From: an uncultured Chloroflexia bacterium
GTDB taxonomy: Bacteria; Chloroflexota; Limnocylindria; Limnocylindrales; CSP1-4
Assembly: GCA_963766735.1 (NCBI GenBank)
Contig: CAVYBU010000017.1
Span: 64,001 to 128,000, forward strand
Length of the DNA: 64,000 nucleotides
Direction: 5' to 3'
Of the stretch, positions 18,926-34,532 are shown one piece after another (position 1 is the first letter of the stretch; each line of letters begins with the position of its first letter). The notes under the pieces were generated by a model. That model did no database searches. It was not told the DNA's origin and was given only the letters and a program-made list of their open reading frames with translations. Position numbers and translations under genes: made by a program.

Positions 18926-20237
18926 TCAGGTGCCGGGGACCCGACCGCGGCGGCGGCCGAGCACCAGTCGCCCATCGGCCTCCAGCATGACCTGTGCTGC
19001 TGCCGGGCGCCCGTTGTAGGTCATCGCCATGGAGGCGGCGTACGCGCCGGCGTCGGCGATCGCGACCAGGTCGCCGCGGCGGAGCGGCGGCAGGTCGTGG
19101 GCACCGAACGTATCGGTGCTCTCGCAGACCGGGCCGTCCACGCGAGTCCGGGCCGGTGAGGGGACTCGATTCGGGGTAGCGGCAGGGGGCCGGGCCTGGG
19201 TCTCCGGGTCGGTCACCGGGAGCCCGAGCGAGGTCAGTGCCGTGATCCGATGCCACGCCCCGTACATGGCCGGCCGGACCAGCTCCGTCATGCCCGCGTC
19301 CAGGACCACGATGCGGACCGAGCCCCCCTCGGCGCCCTCGCGCTCCCGCACGTGCAGCACGCTCGCGATCAGCCACCCTGCCCGCGCGACCAGGAACCGC
19401 CCGGGCTCCACGGCCAGCCGTCGCGGCCTCCGCTCTGCCGGCACCGCCTCCAGGAGCGGCGCCACCTCGCGGGCGAACCGCGCCGGCGAGGGCACCGCCC
19501 CGGGCTCGCCCACCGGGAAGCCGCCGCCCACGTCGAGCGTGTCGAAGTCCGGCCGGCCTGCCCCGACCAGCGCCAGCACCGCGAGCCCACGCCGTACCGC
19601 GTCCCGCCACGCGTCCACCGCTCCCAGCTGCGAGCCCACGTGGAGATGCACGCCGCGCGCCCGGAGGGGTCCGTCGGCGGGCAGGCCCGCGGCGGCGCCG
19701 TGTCAGCTCCGTCTCCGTCATCCCGAACTTGGACGCCCCGCGACCGACGGCCAGCCCCGCGTGCGTCTCCGGATGCACGTCCGGGTTCAGCCGGAGCAGC
19801 ACGTCCAGCGGCGGGCGCCCGTCCCGCCCGAGTCCCGCCCGCGAGGCGAGGACGGCAAGATCGGCAAGCTCCTCCGGGCTCTCAACGGCGATCCACCGCA
19901 GCGGCTCACCCTCCGCCGAAGCCCGCACCGCCGCTCGCAGGTCGGCCCGCGACTTGCCCACGCCCTCCAGGGTGATCCGCTCGTTCGGGATGCCGGCCCG
20001 CCGCGCGGCGGCCCACTCGCCCGAGGCGACCACATTGGCGTCCAGCCCCGCGGCGGCAAGCCGTGCGACCACGGCCGGCACGTCGTTCGCCTTGAGCGAG
20101 AACGCGCGCAGCCACGGATCCGGGAAGGCACTCCTCAGCTCGGCCGCAGCCTCGTCGAGCGCTGCCGCGGACGTCACGTACGACGGCGTCCCGAAGCGCC
20201 GGGCCGCGCCCCGGAGGACATCCGCCGGGACGGCCAA
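18926..20237 (-). pseudogene. lysA: Diaminopimelate decarboxylase split by a frameshift near 19700 (or sequencing error)
   Basis: FGTP.YV, KAN, RLNP, SKFG in one frame; HLHVGSQ, DVGGG, EPGR, GPVCESTD, GAY...M...YN in another. Confidence 0.85.
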
Positions 20238-20241
20238 CGGG

Positions 20242-20637
20242 TCAGTCCTTGACGACCAGCCCGACGACGGCCGAGAGGATCCCCAGCAGGACGGATGCGA
20301 CCACCGCCCCCACGATCGTGTCGGCCGTGAATCCGCCCGCGGGCCAGCCACCGATCGTGAAGTCCAGCTTCGCGAAGTTGTCGGCCACGAAGGCCACGGC
20401 GAGCAGCAGGCCGGCGTTGATCGCGATCCCGGCGAGACCGAGGGTCATCAGCGAGATCGGGAAGGACAGGATCTTCACGATCGGCTTGATGACCGCGTTG
20501 ACGACGCCGACCATGGCGGCCAGCAGCGCGAGCTGCCAGGTTTCGCCCGAGAAGCTGATCATCGAGGCCGGGAGAACGTTGATCAGGATCACGAAGGCGA
20601 TCGCCGAGGCCAGGATCCCGAGGATGAAACCCTTCAT
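20242..20637 (-). CDS. YvlD / 4-TM 'phage holin family' membrane protein
   Basis: GVVNAVIKPIVKILSFP...TLGL...IN; overlaps amidohydrolase stop (ATGA). Confidence 0.85.
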   Translation of the reverse strand: MKGFILGILASAIAFVILINVLPASMISFSGETWQLALLAAMVGVVNAVIKPIVKILSFPISLMTLGLAGIAINAGLLLAVAFVADNFAKLDFTIGGWPAGGFTADTIVGAVVASVLLGILSAVVGLVVKD

Positions 20638-22286
20638 GCCAGCTCCTCCGAGCGATGGACGATGCGGCCGCCAAGGACCGTCAGGCGGACGCTGGTGCCG
20701 ATGATCGCAGATGGACCGTCGGCGAGCAGGTCACGATCGAGGACGATGACGTCCCCGTCCATGCCCGGGGCCAACCGGCCGCGCCGATGGTCCGCGTGGG
20801 CGGCGAACGCGGAGCCGCCCGTGTACGTGTCCAGCGCCTGCTCGAGCGACAGGCGCTCGCCCGGGAGCCAGCCGCCAGCCGGTTCGCCATCCGTGGTCTG
20901 GCGGTTGACGGCGTTGTTGAGGGCGATGAACGGATCGTAGGGGACCACGGGCCAGTCCGAGCCGAAGGCGAGCCTCCCGCCGGCGTCGCGGATGGACCGC
21001 CATGCCCACGCGCGGCTTGCCCGGTCGGGCCCGATGTTCCCGGCCCAGACCGAGATCTGGTTCGGCGAGGGGTCGCCGTGATAGGGCTGCATCGAGGCCA
21101 CCACGCCAAGGTCGGCGAAGCGGGGGATGTCCGCCGGGTCGATCGTCTCGATGTGCTCGACGCGGTGACGTCGCTGGTGGGTGCCGGGCGCGGCGCCGCG
21201 CCCGTGCGGGTCGCCGGTCCAGGGCCCGCTCGCGGCCGCCGCGTGCTCGAAGGCGTCCAGCGCCAGCCGCACCCCGCGGTCGCCGATCGCGTGCGCCTCG
21301 ACCTGCCAGCCCCGGCGGTCCGCCTCGGCCGTGAAGGCATCGAGATCGGCAGGCTCCCAGGCCGGCAGGCCCGCGTCCGTGTCGTCCTCGTAGGGCGCCA
21401 GCATCGAGGCGGTCCGGGCCTCGATCACGCCGTCCACGAAGGTCTTGAGGATGCCGCTGTCGAGGTAGTCGCCGCCCCGCATGGGAAAGGCGAGCGCCTC
21501 GTAGGCATCGAGGCGGTCTCGCCACTCGGCCAGGGTCTGCCCGGGCGCCATGATCAGCGCACCGCGGAAGCGGAGCGCCAGCTCGCCGTCTGCATGGACC
21601 CGGCTCCAGAACGCGAGCTCGTCCGGCTCCAGCCAGGCGTCCTGCGCCGCCGTGATGCCCACCGCGTGCAGGCCGGCGAGGGCCCGCCGGACGGACGCCC
21701 GGTCCTCGGCCTCGGTGGGGACGGGGATGAAGCGCTCGACAAGCAGCTGTGCCTCTTCCTTGAGCGCGCCGGTGGGCTCGCCGTCCCCGTCCCTGACGAT
21801 GACCCCGTTGGGCGGGTCCGGGGTCTCTCTCGTGATCCCCGCGAGGCGCAGGGCGACGGTGTTCACCCAGCCGGTATGGCCGTCGTAGCAGCCCATGTAG
21901 GCGGGCCTGTCCGGGACAACCTGGTCCAGGATCTCTCGCGTGGGGAGGCCACCGGGAAACGGCGCGTAGAGCCAACCGCGGCCCTCCACCCACTCGCGCT
22001 CGCGCGTGGCCGCAGCGTGGGCCGCGATGACGGCCTGGACGGCTTCGACGGTCTGGAGCGGGAAGAGCTGGGCCTGATCAAGCTGACGGGCGCCGCCCCG
22101 GAGGTGGATGTGGGCGTCGTCGAAGCCCGGCAGGACCAGGCCGCCGCGGGCGTCGATGACCTCGCCCGCCCGTCCGACCACAGCTTCCCGGCCGACGGCG
22201 GCTATCCGCCCCGCCTCGATGCGGACTGCCGTGGCGCCGGGGCTGCCGAACACATTGCCGTTGATGATCGTGACGTCGGTGCGCAT
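20634..22286 (-). CDS. Amidohydrolase 3 family (YtcJ-like) metal-dependent hydrolase
   Basis: PGFDDAHIH, DGH..WVNT.AL, HAIGD, RHRVEH, FGSDWPV. Confidence 0.92.
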   Translation of the reverse strand: MRTDVTIINGNVFGSPGATAVRIEAGRIAAVGREAVVGRAGEVIDARGGLVLPGFDDAHIHLRGGARQLDQAQLFPLQTVEAVQAVIAAHAAATREREWVEGRGWLYAPFPGGLPTREILDQVVPDRPAYMGCYDGHTGWVNTVALRLAGITRETPDPPNGVIVRDGDGEPTGALKEEAQLLVERFIPVPTEAEDRASVRRALAGLHAVGITAAQDAWLEPDELAFWSRVHADGELALRFRGALIMAPGQTLAEWRDRLDAYEALAFPMRGGDYLDSGILKTFVDGVIEARTASMLAPYEDDTDAGLPAWEPADLDAFTAEADRRGWQVEAHAIGDRGVRLALDAFEHAAAASGPWTGDPHGRGAAPGTHQRRHRVEHIETIDPADIPRFADLGVVASMQPYHGDPSPNQISVWAGNIGPDRASRAWAWRSIRDAGGRLAFGSDWPVVPYDPFIALNNAVNRQTTDGEPAGGWLPGERLSLEQALDTYTGGSAFAAHADHRRGRLAPGMDGDVIVLDRDLLADGPSAIIGTSVRLTVLGGRIVHRSEELA

Positions 22287-22521
22287 CGGCCGAGTCTACG
22301 CGGGCGCCGGTGGCTGGGTCCGCCTACGCAGCACCGGTGACGGGTTTCGGCATTCGTTGGTCTCACGGGAGCGGACTCCTCAGGCCTCGATGCGATGCCG
22401 CAGTGACCGTCGCATGGCCGGCATGGAGCACCCCGAACGAGATCCACAATCCCTGTCCCGGCGCCGGTGGCCAGTGTGGGCGATAGACTCGATCGGACTC
22501 ACCCCACCTGGAGACGCCACC

Positions 22522-24285
22522 GTGACCGCGTTCGCCGACCTCGTCGCCGCGCTCATCGACGAGCTGTTCGTCCTCCAGCCGGATCTCGCCACCGCAGTCG
22601 GCGACCATCGCCACGACGAGCGCTGGCCGGACTTCACGGAGACGGGCCGTCAGGCACGGCTCGCGTTCATCGATCGCTGGGGTGCGGAGCTGGATGCCCT
22701 CGACGCGGCATCGCTGTCCCCTGGCGAGCGGATCGATCGCGACATGCTGTTGGGCGAACTTGCCGAGTTCCGGTTCAACCAGGAGGAGCTGCGCGAGGAG
22801 ACGTGGAACCCGATGGCGTGGGTCTACGTGCTCGGCGGGGGAATTCACCCGCTGCTCGCCCGCGAGTTCGCGCCGCTCCACGTCCGCCTCGCGTCCGTGG
22901 CCGGGCGCCTGGAGGGTGTGCCGCGTGTCATCGCCACGGCACGCGAGGTGATGGGGACACACCCCGACCGGCCGGTCGCCCAGCTGATGGCGGAGGTGGC
23001 GGCCAGGCGCATCGGCGGCATCTCGGCGCTTGCCCGGACCGCCGTCGAAGCAGGCGACGCGGCCGAGGCGTCCGGCGATGTCGCGGTGGCCGCCGTCATG
23101 CCACGGCTCCGGGCCGCGGCGGCAACGGCAACGGCTTCCATCGATGTGATCGCGACGCACCTGGCCGAGGTGGTCGCGCCGAACACGCGTGGCAGCGTGC
23201 TGCTTGGACCGGACCTGTTTGCGCGGAAGCTGCGCCACACGATGCGGGATCCCGAGGTCACGCCCGAGGCAGTCCTCGAGCGCGCGGAGCGCGAGTACGG
23301 CGCGGTGCGCGCGGAGATGGTCCGGATCGCGAGCGCCATCTGGGACGAGTGGCGACCAGGCGATGCGCGGCCCGAGGATGACGGCGCCATGGTGCGCGGC
23401 GTGCTCGACGCGATCGCCGACGACCACCCGGCCGCAGACGAGCTCGTGGCATGGTCGCGCGACGAGCTGACCCGGGTTGAGGCGTTCTGCCGCGCGCACG
23501 ACGTCATCGGCCTCGTTGACGAGCCGCTCGACATCGACTGGACGCCGGAGTTCATGCGCTCGTTCGGCGGCGCGATGCTCGACTCACCCGGGCCGCTGGA
23601 CCAGGGCCAGAAGTCGTTCTTCTCGATCACCCCGGTCCCCAGGGACTGGCCGCCGGACCAGCAGGAGTCGTACCTGCGCGAGATGAACACCCGCCAGATG
23701 CAGCTCCTGGTGATCCACGAGGCGGTGCCGGGGCACTACCTCCAGGGCGCGTACGCGAACCATGGCTCGTCGCTCGTCCGGCGGGTCTTCGCGTCGGGGC
23801 TGTTCGCCGAGGGCTGGGCCGTCTACGTCACGCAGGTGATGCTCGACCGGGGTTACTGCGCCGACGACATGGCGCTGTGGCTCAGCCACTGGAAGTTCTA
23901 CTTGCGCTGTGTGACCAACGCGATCATCGACGTCCGGATCCACACGCAGGGCATGACCAGCGACGAGGCGATCGACTTCATGGTCGAGGGCGGCTTCCAG
24001 GAGCGCGGCGAGGCGATCGCGAAGGACGAGCGCGCCCGGCTGTCGTCGACTCAGCTCTCCACCTACTTCCTGGGCTCGCTGGGGATGTGGGACATCGAGG
24101 ATGCCGCGCGTCGGCGCGCAGCCGTGGCCGCCGGCGCGGGCGAGGACGCGGTTCCGGCTCCACGCGTGGTGGGCGGCTACCCGGCCACGCCGGGCTTCGA
24201 CGAGCGCGCCCACCTCGAGGCGGCCATCGCGCATGGCGCGCCGCCCATCCCGATCCTGCGACGGATCCTGCTGGGCGAGGGCTGA
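22522..24285 (+). CDS. DUF885 family protein (putative metallopeptidase)
   Basis: HEAVPGHYLQ, FAEGWAVY, QLSTYFLG; GGAG RBS before GTG 22522. Confidence 0.9.
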   Translation: MTAFADLVAALIDELFVLQPDLATAVGDHRHDERWPDFTETGRQARLAFIDRWGAELDALDAASLSPGERIDRDMLLGELAEFRFNQEELREETWNPMAWVYVLGGGIHPLLAREFAPLHVRLASVAGRLEGVPRVIATAREVMGTHPDRPVAQLMAEVAARRIGGISALARTAVEAGDAAEASGDVAVAAVMPRLRAAAATATASIDVIATHLAEVVAPNTRGSVLLGPDLFARKLRHTMRDPEVTPEAVLERAEREYGAVRAEMVRIASAIWDEWRPGDARPEDDGAMVRGVLDAIADDHPAADELVAWSRDELTRVEAFCRAHDVIGLVDEPLDIDWTPEFMRSFGGAMLDSPGPLDQGQKSFFSITPVPRDWPPDQQESYLREMNTRQMQLLVIHEAVPGHYLQGAYANHGSSLVRRVFASGLFAEGWAVYVTQVMLDRGYCADDMALWLSHWKFYLRCVTNAIIDVRIHTQGMTSDEAIDFMVEGGFQERGEAIAKDERARLSSTQLSTYFLGSLGMWDIEDAARRRAAVAAGAGEDAVPAPRVVGGYPATPGFDERAHLEAAIAHGAPPIPILRRILLGEG

Positions 24286-24352
24286 ACGCGAGCCGCGCCC
24301 AGCGGCCGGTGCCGTTGACGCGCAGGCCGGGCGAGGCCGACACGGACGGGCG

Positions 24353-27300
24353 TCAGTCGGGCTTCTTGCCGCCCTTGCCCTTGCCCTTGGCCTTGGCCCG
24401 ACCCTTCGGCTTGGCGGCGGCCGGGCTCGGGGCCGAGGTCGACGGCCTGGATGCCGGAGCCAGGGCCTCGCGCAGAAGATCCACCCGGTAGTCGGATGTC
24501 GCGACCGCCGCCTCGATCAGGGTCCGGATCCTCCCCGGCCAGCGCGCGGCTCGACCAGTGACCCTGGCCGCGACCATCGCCGAGGCCTGGACCGGCGAGG
24601 AAGCCTGGGCCGGCGTGGCGATCGACTCCAGCCGGTCCGTCCAGTCCAGCAGCTCCGCGAACGACTCACCGTGGAACCAGTCCTCGCCATTCCACTGGTT
24701 GACGCGCAGGAACGGCCGGACCACCGGGTGGAACAGCCACGCGTCCACGAGGTCCGCGGCGATGGTGTCGGCGCTACCCGTGAGCGACGACGGCAGCGGC
24801 AGGTCCAGCAGCACCCGGATGCGCTCCGCTGCCCACCAGGCGGCCGCCTCGTCGAGGGCGACTGATCGCAGGGCGTCCGCCACCACCGGCGCCAGCCGCA
24901 GCTCCTCGTACCAGGCCCGGTTCGTCGGCCCCACCATCGCTCCCTCGGGCAGGGTCCCCAGCGGCGAGAGCAGCGCCCAGACGCCCAGGGCCGCCGCCTG
25001 CGATGCATCCGCGACCCCCGCGGCGACAGGTTCCGCGGATGAGAGGCGCGCGAGGGCCAGGTCCACCACGGGCTCCTGGTCGCCCGCGGTCCCGGTCGCA
25101 TCGGCCACGGCGGCAACCAGCCGCTCGACGGTGTCCCGCGCTGGCGCGAGGATGGCGGTTCGGACCGCGTCGTGGACCGGACCCAGCTGTTGCTCGCGGA
25201 GCGCATCCTCGAGCGACGGCACGCCCCGGCCCGCGAGCCTCTCAGCCAGCCGCCGCCAGATGTGGGCACTGTCGTGCAGCTCGCGGAACTCCCAGAAGAC
25301 GCGCGTGTCGTAGGCATGGAGCGGCAGGTGGAGGCCGTGCTCCCTGATCTCCACGACGGAACGCAGGTACTCGAGCGACGTGCGCTGCTCCCGGAAGGCG
25401 ATCCATCGATCCTCGGCCGCCCCGTCCGCGAGACCCAGCCCCTCGGCCAGCGTCTTCCGCTCCATGTGCTTCGACCCGTCCTCGTCCTTCACCGCGTACG
25501 CGGCCGAGTCCCGGATCCAGCCGGACGTCTCGCCGTACCGGTTGTGGAAGACGACCAGGGATCGTGAGCTGCCGCTCCCGTTGGAGTAGGCGAAGACGTT
25601 CTCGTCCGTGCCCCCGGCATCGTGACCGAAGTCGTAGAGCAGGAAGTCCCGGGCTTCCGCGAAGTCCGCGCGGCGGTGGAGGAGCGGCACGATCTCGCGC
25701 TCGTGGCGGGCGACCAGCCACTCGTCGACGGGCTCGTCCTGGGTCGCCCTGCGGAACTCCATGCCGTACTTCTCGGTGAAGCCCTCGAACTGGCCGTGGC
25801 CGAACATCGGCAGGCCGGGGAGCGTGGCGAGGAGGGTGGCCACGCCGACGTACTTGTCGCCCGTGCCGAACTGCTCGACCGCGGTCTTCTCGTCGGGGTT
25901 GTTCATGAAGTTGACGTACCGCTTGAGGATCTCCGGATCGAACTCCAGGGTCTCCTTGAGGACCTTCCTGTAGCCGGCGTTGTCCTCGTCACGGAGCATG
26001 TGCATGAACGCGCTGTTGTAGACACGGTGCATGCCGAGGGTCCGGACGAAGTAGCCCTCCAGCATCCAGAACGCCTCGGCCAGCAGCAGCGTGTCCGGGA
26101 CCTCCGCCGCAACGCGGTCCACCACTTCGCGCCAGAACTCGGTGGGCATCAGGCGGTCGAAGGCGGCCTTGCGCATGGCGTGCTCGGCCCGCGACGGGAT
26201 GCCGTCGCCGGCGCCGGGCAGCGGCCACCACAGGCGCTGGACGTGCTTCCGGGCAAGGACCATCGCGGCGTCGAAGCGGATGACCGGGAACCGGCGGGCC
26301 ACGTCGAGGATCGTCAGGATGACCTGCTCCCGGACCTCGGCCGAGATGAAGTCGAGCTGCGCCGTGTCGTTCCAGGGGAAGCTGGTGCCGTCGTTGCCGT
26401 GGTAGATGTAGCGCGTCGCCCCCGTCCGGTGATCGTGGTGCTTGAACACGACCGCGGCGTCGGTCGCGTCCCAGTAGTGGTCCTCCAGGACGATCGAACC
26501 ACGCTCGTCGGGCGAGAGGTCTGGTCCGCCGAAGCTGTAGGCGGGGTAGGGCGGCACGGGCACCGACAGGAACCACTCCGGGTGCTCGATCACCCAGCGC
26601 GAGTCGATCCCCATGTGGTTCGGGACCATGTCGCTGGCCAGGCGGATCCCGTGCGACCGCGCACGGTCGCGGAGATTGGCGTACGCGTTCTCGCCGCCAA
26701 GGTCGTCCGCGATCCTGTAGTCGTCGAGCGAGTAGGCCGAGGCGACCGCATCCGGGTTGCCCCGCCGGCGCTTGATGGTCTCCGACGCCACCGAGCGTTG
26801 CCACAGGCCGATGAGCCAGAGCCCCGTCACGCCACGGCGCCGGAGCATGTCAAGCTCCTCGTCCGGGATGGCGTCCAGGGTCCGGATGTCACGCGAGTAG
26901 CGCTTGGAGAGCTGGTCCAGCCAGACGTAGGTGCTCTTGGCGATGAGCACCAGCCGCGGCATCCAGTCGGCGTCGCTGCTGAAGCGCTCGGCCTCGGCCT
27001 CCAGGCCGGTGAACTCCGGGGTCTCGATCGGCGCGCCGTCGCCCCCGGTGCCCCCGAACCGCAGGTGCAGCCCGCGCTCCTCCTCGGCCAGGACGCCGAT
27101 CGCCGTGTCAAGGCGGTCCAGCAGCCCGCCGAGGTCCTCACCAAGGAGGCCCGACCAGTGCTCACGGACGTAGCGCAGCTGGCCGGCCAGGGACGTTGGG
27201 GCGTGGCGCGCCGGTGCCCGCAGCAGCTCGAGGATGCCGGCCGGGCTCTCGCTCGTCCCTTCTGCGTCGGCGTCGACGCCCGCCATCGGCTCTGCCGTGT

Positions 27301-27819
27301 CGAAGAAGGCTTCCAGCTCGGTCAGGGTGGCGGCGTACGATCTCGACCGGACGAGGGGTCGATCGTCGAACAGCTCGCGCAGCGGGTTGGCGGCGGGGTT
27401 CTCGTTGGCGAGGTGCGTCAGGAGCATCTCGCCGACCAGGTTGGCCGGGGCCTCCGGCTCCGGCAGGCGTGCCGGAAACGCATCGGCGAACCGGCCAAGG
27501 GCCCGGTCGGCGTCCGTGCCCAGGTTCGCCCGGACGCGGCCTGCCGCACGAGACCTGGCCTCGGGCGCCGTCGTGGCCTCGTAGCGCTCGACCAGGAGGT
27601 GGGCGACCTCGTGCAACAGGCTGAGCGCGGCGAGGTCGCCAGCCTGCACCGACGGGGAGCCGGGCGGTCGGGCAGCGTTCATCCGGGCCGCGACCACCCG
27701 CGAGGCCGGGCCGTCTGCGAGGCCAACGTCGCCGCGCCTCCCGGTGGGCGCGGCGTCGATCCCATAGCGGGTGACCGCGTGCCGCGCAACCCGGACCGCC
27801 GCAGCCTCCGGACGCTCGT

Positions 27820-27823
<4 letters not shown>
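24353..27823 (-). CDS. Large GH13 alpha-amylase family glycosyl hydrolase
   Basis: LWLIGLW, DMVPNH, WNDTAQL, RFDAAM, AEAFW, NNPDE, TLPG; overlaps treS stop (ATGA). Confidence 0.9.
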
Positions 27824-31211
<3,388 letters not shown>

Positions 31212-31212
<1 letters not shown>

Positions 31213-33227
31213 CAGTCCTGTCCTCGGATGTGCAGGACGCGGGCAGGGAGCGTTGCCGGATCGATCTCGATCGGGATTGTGCGGCCGTGCCACCGCTCGA
31301 CCTCGCCGCTGACGAGGTCTTCGACCTCGTACGGCCTCTGCGGGTCCAGCCACAGCTCGCCCAGGTCCAGCTCCAGGGTCCCGGTTCGGGTCGTCCGGGG
31401 ATCGAGGCTGACGATTGTCAGGACCCTGTCGGAGCGGTCCGCCGTGTGCTTCGACCAGGCAATGAGCTGATCATCGTCGATGCGGTGGATCGTCATGCCC
31501 CCATTCGACTGGAGCGCCGGATGTGCCCGCCGGATCTCGTTGGCCCGACGGACAAGCGGGGCGATGCTCTCCGGATCATCGAGGTTCCAGGTCCGCTGCT
31601 CGTACTTCTCGGAGTGCAGGTACTCCTCGCTGCCCGGCTCGCGCGGGGTGTGCTCGCCCAGCTCGTACGCCGGCCCATAGATGCCGATGCTCGACGATGA
31701 CATCGCGGCCAGCACGTAGCGCGCCTGGAACATCGCCCGGCCGCCATCCTGGAGCGTCGCGTGGAGGATGTCGGGCGTGTTCGGCCAGAAGTTCGGCCCG
31801 AAGAACTCGGAGACCGGCGGCCGCGAGAGCTCGACGAAGTATCTGGCGAGCTCCTCCTTCTCCGTCCGCCAGGTGAAGTACGTGTAGGACTGGGTGAACC
31901 CGAGCTTGGCGAGGCGGTACATGATCCTGGGGCGGGTGAACGCCTCGGCCAGGAACAGCACGTCCGGATGGTCCGCCTTGATCCGCGTGATGGCCCATTC
32001 CCAGAACGGGAAGGCCTTCGTGTGGGGATTGTCGACCCGGAAGACCCGCACCCCCTCCGCTATCCAGTGGCGGAACACGCCCTCGAGGTAGGTCCACAGG
32101 CCCGGCCAGTCCTCGGACTCGAAGTCGAACGGGTAGATGTCCTGGTACTTCTTGGGCGGGTTCTCCGCGTACTGGACGGTGCCGTCCGGGCGCTGCCGGA
32201 ACCACGTCGGGTGCTCCCTGACGGCAGGGTGATCCGGGGACGCCTGGAATGCGATGTCGAGAGCGATCGCGACACCCATTCCATTCGCTGCCTGGACGAG
32301 CGCCCGGAAGTCCTCCGGCGTGCCGAGCTCGGGATGAATGGCCTCGTGGCCGCCTTCATCCGATCCGATTGCCCAGGGGACGCCGGGATCGTGCGGGGCA
32401 CACTCGGTGGTGTTGTCGGGTCCCTTGCGGAACGTCCGGCCGATGGGATGGACCGGCGGCAGGTAGAGCACGTCGAAGCCGAGGCCGGCGACGTACGGCA
32501 GGCGGGCGATGACGTCGCGAAACGTCCCGTGACGATCGGGATCGGGCGATGCCGACCGCGGGAACAGCTCGTACCAGGTCGAGAAGCGGGCCAGCTTCGG
32601 CTCCACGACGAGCTCCAGGACAGGCTCCTGCACGGTCTCGTGGGTGCGATCGGCGTGGCGCGTCATCAGCCCGTCGAGGGTCTCGTCCAGGGCGCCGTCG
32701 GCAGGATCGCCAGCGGCTCGCCCGGAACGCAGGCGTCCTGCCCACCCGGCGAGGGACCGGGCATCGGACGCGTCACCGCTCGCCCTGGCACGCGTGACGG
32801 CGCCGTCCACGAGGGCTGCCCCGATCCGCAGGTCGACCCCGATGTCCTGGTCCGCGTCGATCCGCTTGCGGAGATCGCGGCGCCAGGTTGCCCAGGCATC
32901 GGTCCAGGCGGCGACGGTGAACGCGTGGCGTCCCAGCTCCTCCACCTCGAAGGCGGCACGCCAGCGGTCGTTGCCCAGCTCCTCCATCGCCAGCTCGGTC
33001 CACTCCTCCTGGCCTGCGGGTCGATGGCGGAGCCTGACGCTCACGACGTCGTGGCCGTCGGCAAACGCGTCAGCCTCGACGACGATCGTGTCGCCGATGA
33101 CGCGCTTCGCGGGGAAGCGGCCTGCGTCCACCTGCGGGGTGATCGCCTCGATCACCGCGCGCCGGCGGCCGTCGGAGGGCATGTCCGGCGAAACGACAGG
33201 CGCGGTGTCCGGGACGGGATGAGTCAC
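31212..33227 (-). CDS. glgE: Alpha-1,4-glucan:maltose-1-phosphate maltosyltransferase
   Basis: [45 protein letters not shown]; CAGGAG RBS. Confidence 0.96.
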
Positions 33228-33315
33228 GCGCTCCTGACTGGGGATGAGACCTCCCTGGACTGTCCGATGGGATGCGCACCGAACCGAGGCGGGGTCCGGT
33301 CTGCGGCGTCGCATG

Positions 33316-33345
33316 ACCCTAGGCCACGTTCACCGGGGGTGTCAA
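33316..33345 (-). promoter_or_regulatory. Putative promoter of the glgE-treS-GH13 operon
   Basis: Minus-strand TTGACA (33345-33340), N18, TAGGGT (33321-33316). Confidence 0.55.
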
Positions 33346-33409
33346 ACGTCCCTCCCGCGGCGGGGGATGCAGTCCGCGTGAACTGCAACAGGCAGTGGGG
33401 CGGCGGCCG

Positions 33410-34450
33410 TCACCGTGCCGTGTCGATGCGCTCGAGCGCGCGGCGCAGCATCTCCAGTCCCGCCGGGTCGAACTCGTAGCTCCACTCGCGCAGGCGCTTC
33501 GGCCGGTCGAACCGCGCTTCCAGGCCCAGCGCGATCGCCTCGCGCGACATGAGGACCAGGTCCGCCACGCGGTTCACCTCCTCCAGCTCGGGCCCCGTCT
33601 CGGCGACGGCCGAGACGATCTCGACGTCCGAGGCGCCCGCGAGCTGCAGGGCCTCTGCGATGTTCTGCACGCCACGCTGGGAGCCACAGACGACGCCCAC
33701 CCGGGACCCGGACGGCAGGCCGGTGATCTCGTGGATGAGCGACATGTACCCGGTGCCCACGAGCATTGCGACCACGGGCACGCGGCCGGCGACGTAGGCC
33801 TGGGCCTCATCGGCGTGGAACGTGGTGGTGGCGACGAGATCGTAGTGGTAGCGGTCGAGGCGCTCCGACAGCTCGTCCAGGATCACCGGGATCACCTCGA
33901 TCCGCTCGGGGAACGCCTCCGAGATCCGCCCCGCGTCCGCGTTCGCGTCCGCCGTGGTGCACTCCGCGAACAGGACGCGGATGTGGGGTCCGGGGCGCTT
34001 GCGCTCCGTGGCCGCCGTGAACGTGGCCTGGGCCACCTCGTCCGGGGTGAACCCCAGCTGGGCCGCCCGGCGCAGCGTCTCCGCCACGATGCCGGCCAGC
34101 GCCTCCGCTCCGCGCCTGACCGGCGGCCGATCCACGACACGCGTTCCCGCCCCGTGCCGCCCCACCACGTAGCCCGCGTCCGCCAGGCGCCGGTAGACCG
34201 CCCGCACGGTGTTGGGGTTGACGCGCAGGGCTGCACCCAGCTCACGCACCGGTGGCAGGCGCGTACCCGGCTGCAGGCGTCCCGACTCGATCTGGAACGC
34301 GAGCTGCCAGTAGATCTGCGTGGAGATGGGGACATCGGAGTCCCGCTCGATGTCGAGCTCGTGACTCCCGGCAGGTTCAGGTCCCGAAACGGAGGGTCTC
34401 TCGACAGGCCGTTCGGCGGGCGGGACAGGGTCGTTCCGGCTCGTTGACAT
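33410..34450 (-). CDS. GntR family regulator with long PlmA-like C-terminal region
   Basis: PISTQI...I..G.L.PG.RLP.VRELG..L.VNPNTV..VY; C-terminal alpha/beta region (VATTTFH, LPSGSRVGVV). Confidence 0.85.
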   Translation of the reverse strand: MSTSRNDPVPPAERPVERPSVSGPEPAGSHELDIERDSDVPISTQIYWQLAFQIESGRLQPGTRLPPVRELGAALRVNPNTVRAVYRRLADAGYVVGRHGAGTRVVDRPPVRRGAEALAGIVAETLRRAAQLGFTPDEVAQATFTAATERKRPGPHIRVLFAECTTADANADAGRISEAFPERIEVIPVILDELSERLDRYHYDLVATTTFHADEAQAYVAGRVPVVAMLVGTGYMSLIHEITGLPSGSRVGVVCGSQRGVQNIAEALQLAGASDVEIVSAVAETGPELEEVNRVADLVLMSREAIALGLEARFDRPKRLREWSYEFDPAGLEMLRRALERIDTAR

Positions 34451-34486
34451 AGCGGAGTAGTCCAATTATCGTTTGCCTTGGCCTAG

Positions 34487-34499
34487 TTGAATATATCAA
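34487..34499. promoter_or_regulatory. Palindrome TTGA-ATATA-TCAA, candidate GntR operator
   Basis: Inverted repeat in an AT-rich patch between the divergent GntR gene and a small ORF. Confidence 0.5.
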
Positions 34500-34532
34500 T
34501 CACCCACGCACATCCGGAAACGAGCGACCGCG

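Noticed and set aside
20242-20637. Holin as evidence for a prophage
   Set aside because: YvlD-type proteins are common chromosomal membrane proteins; no phage genes nearby
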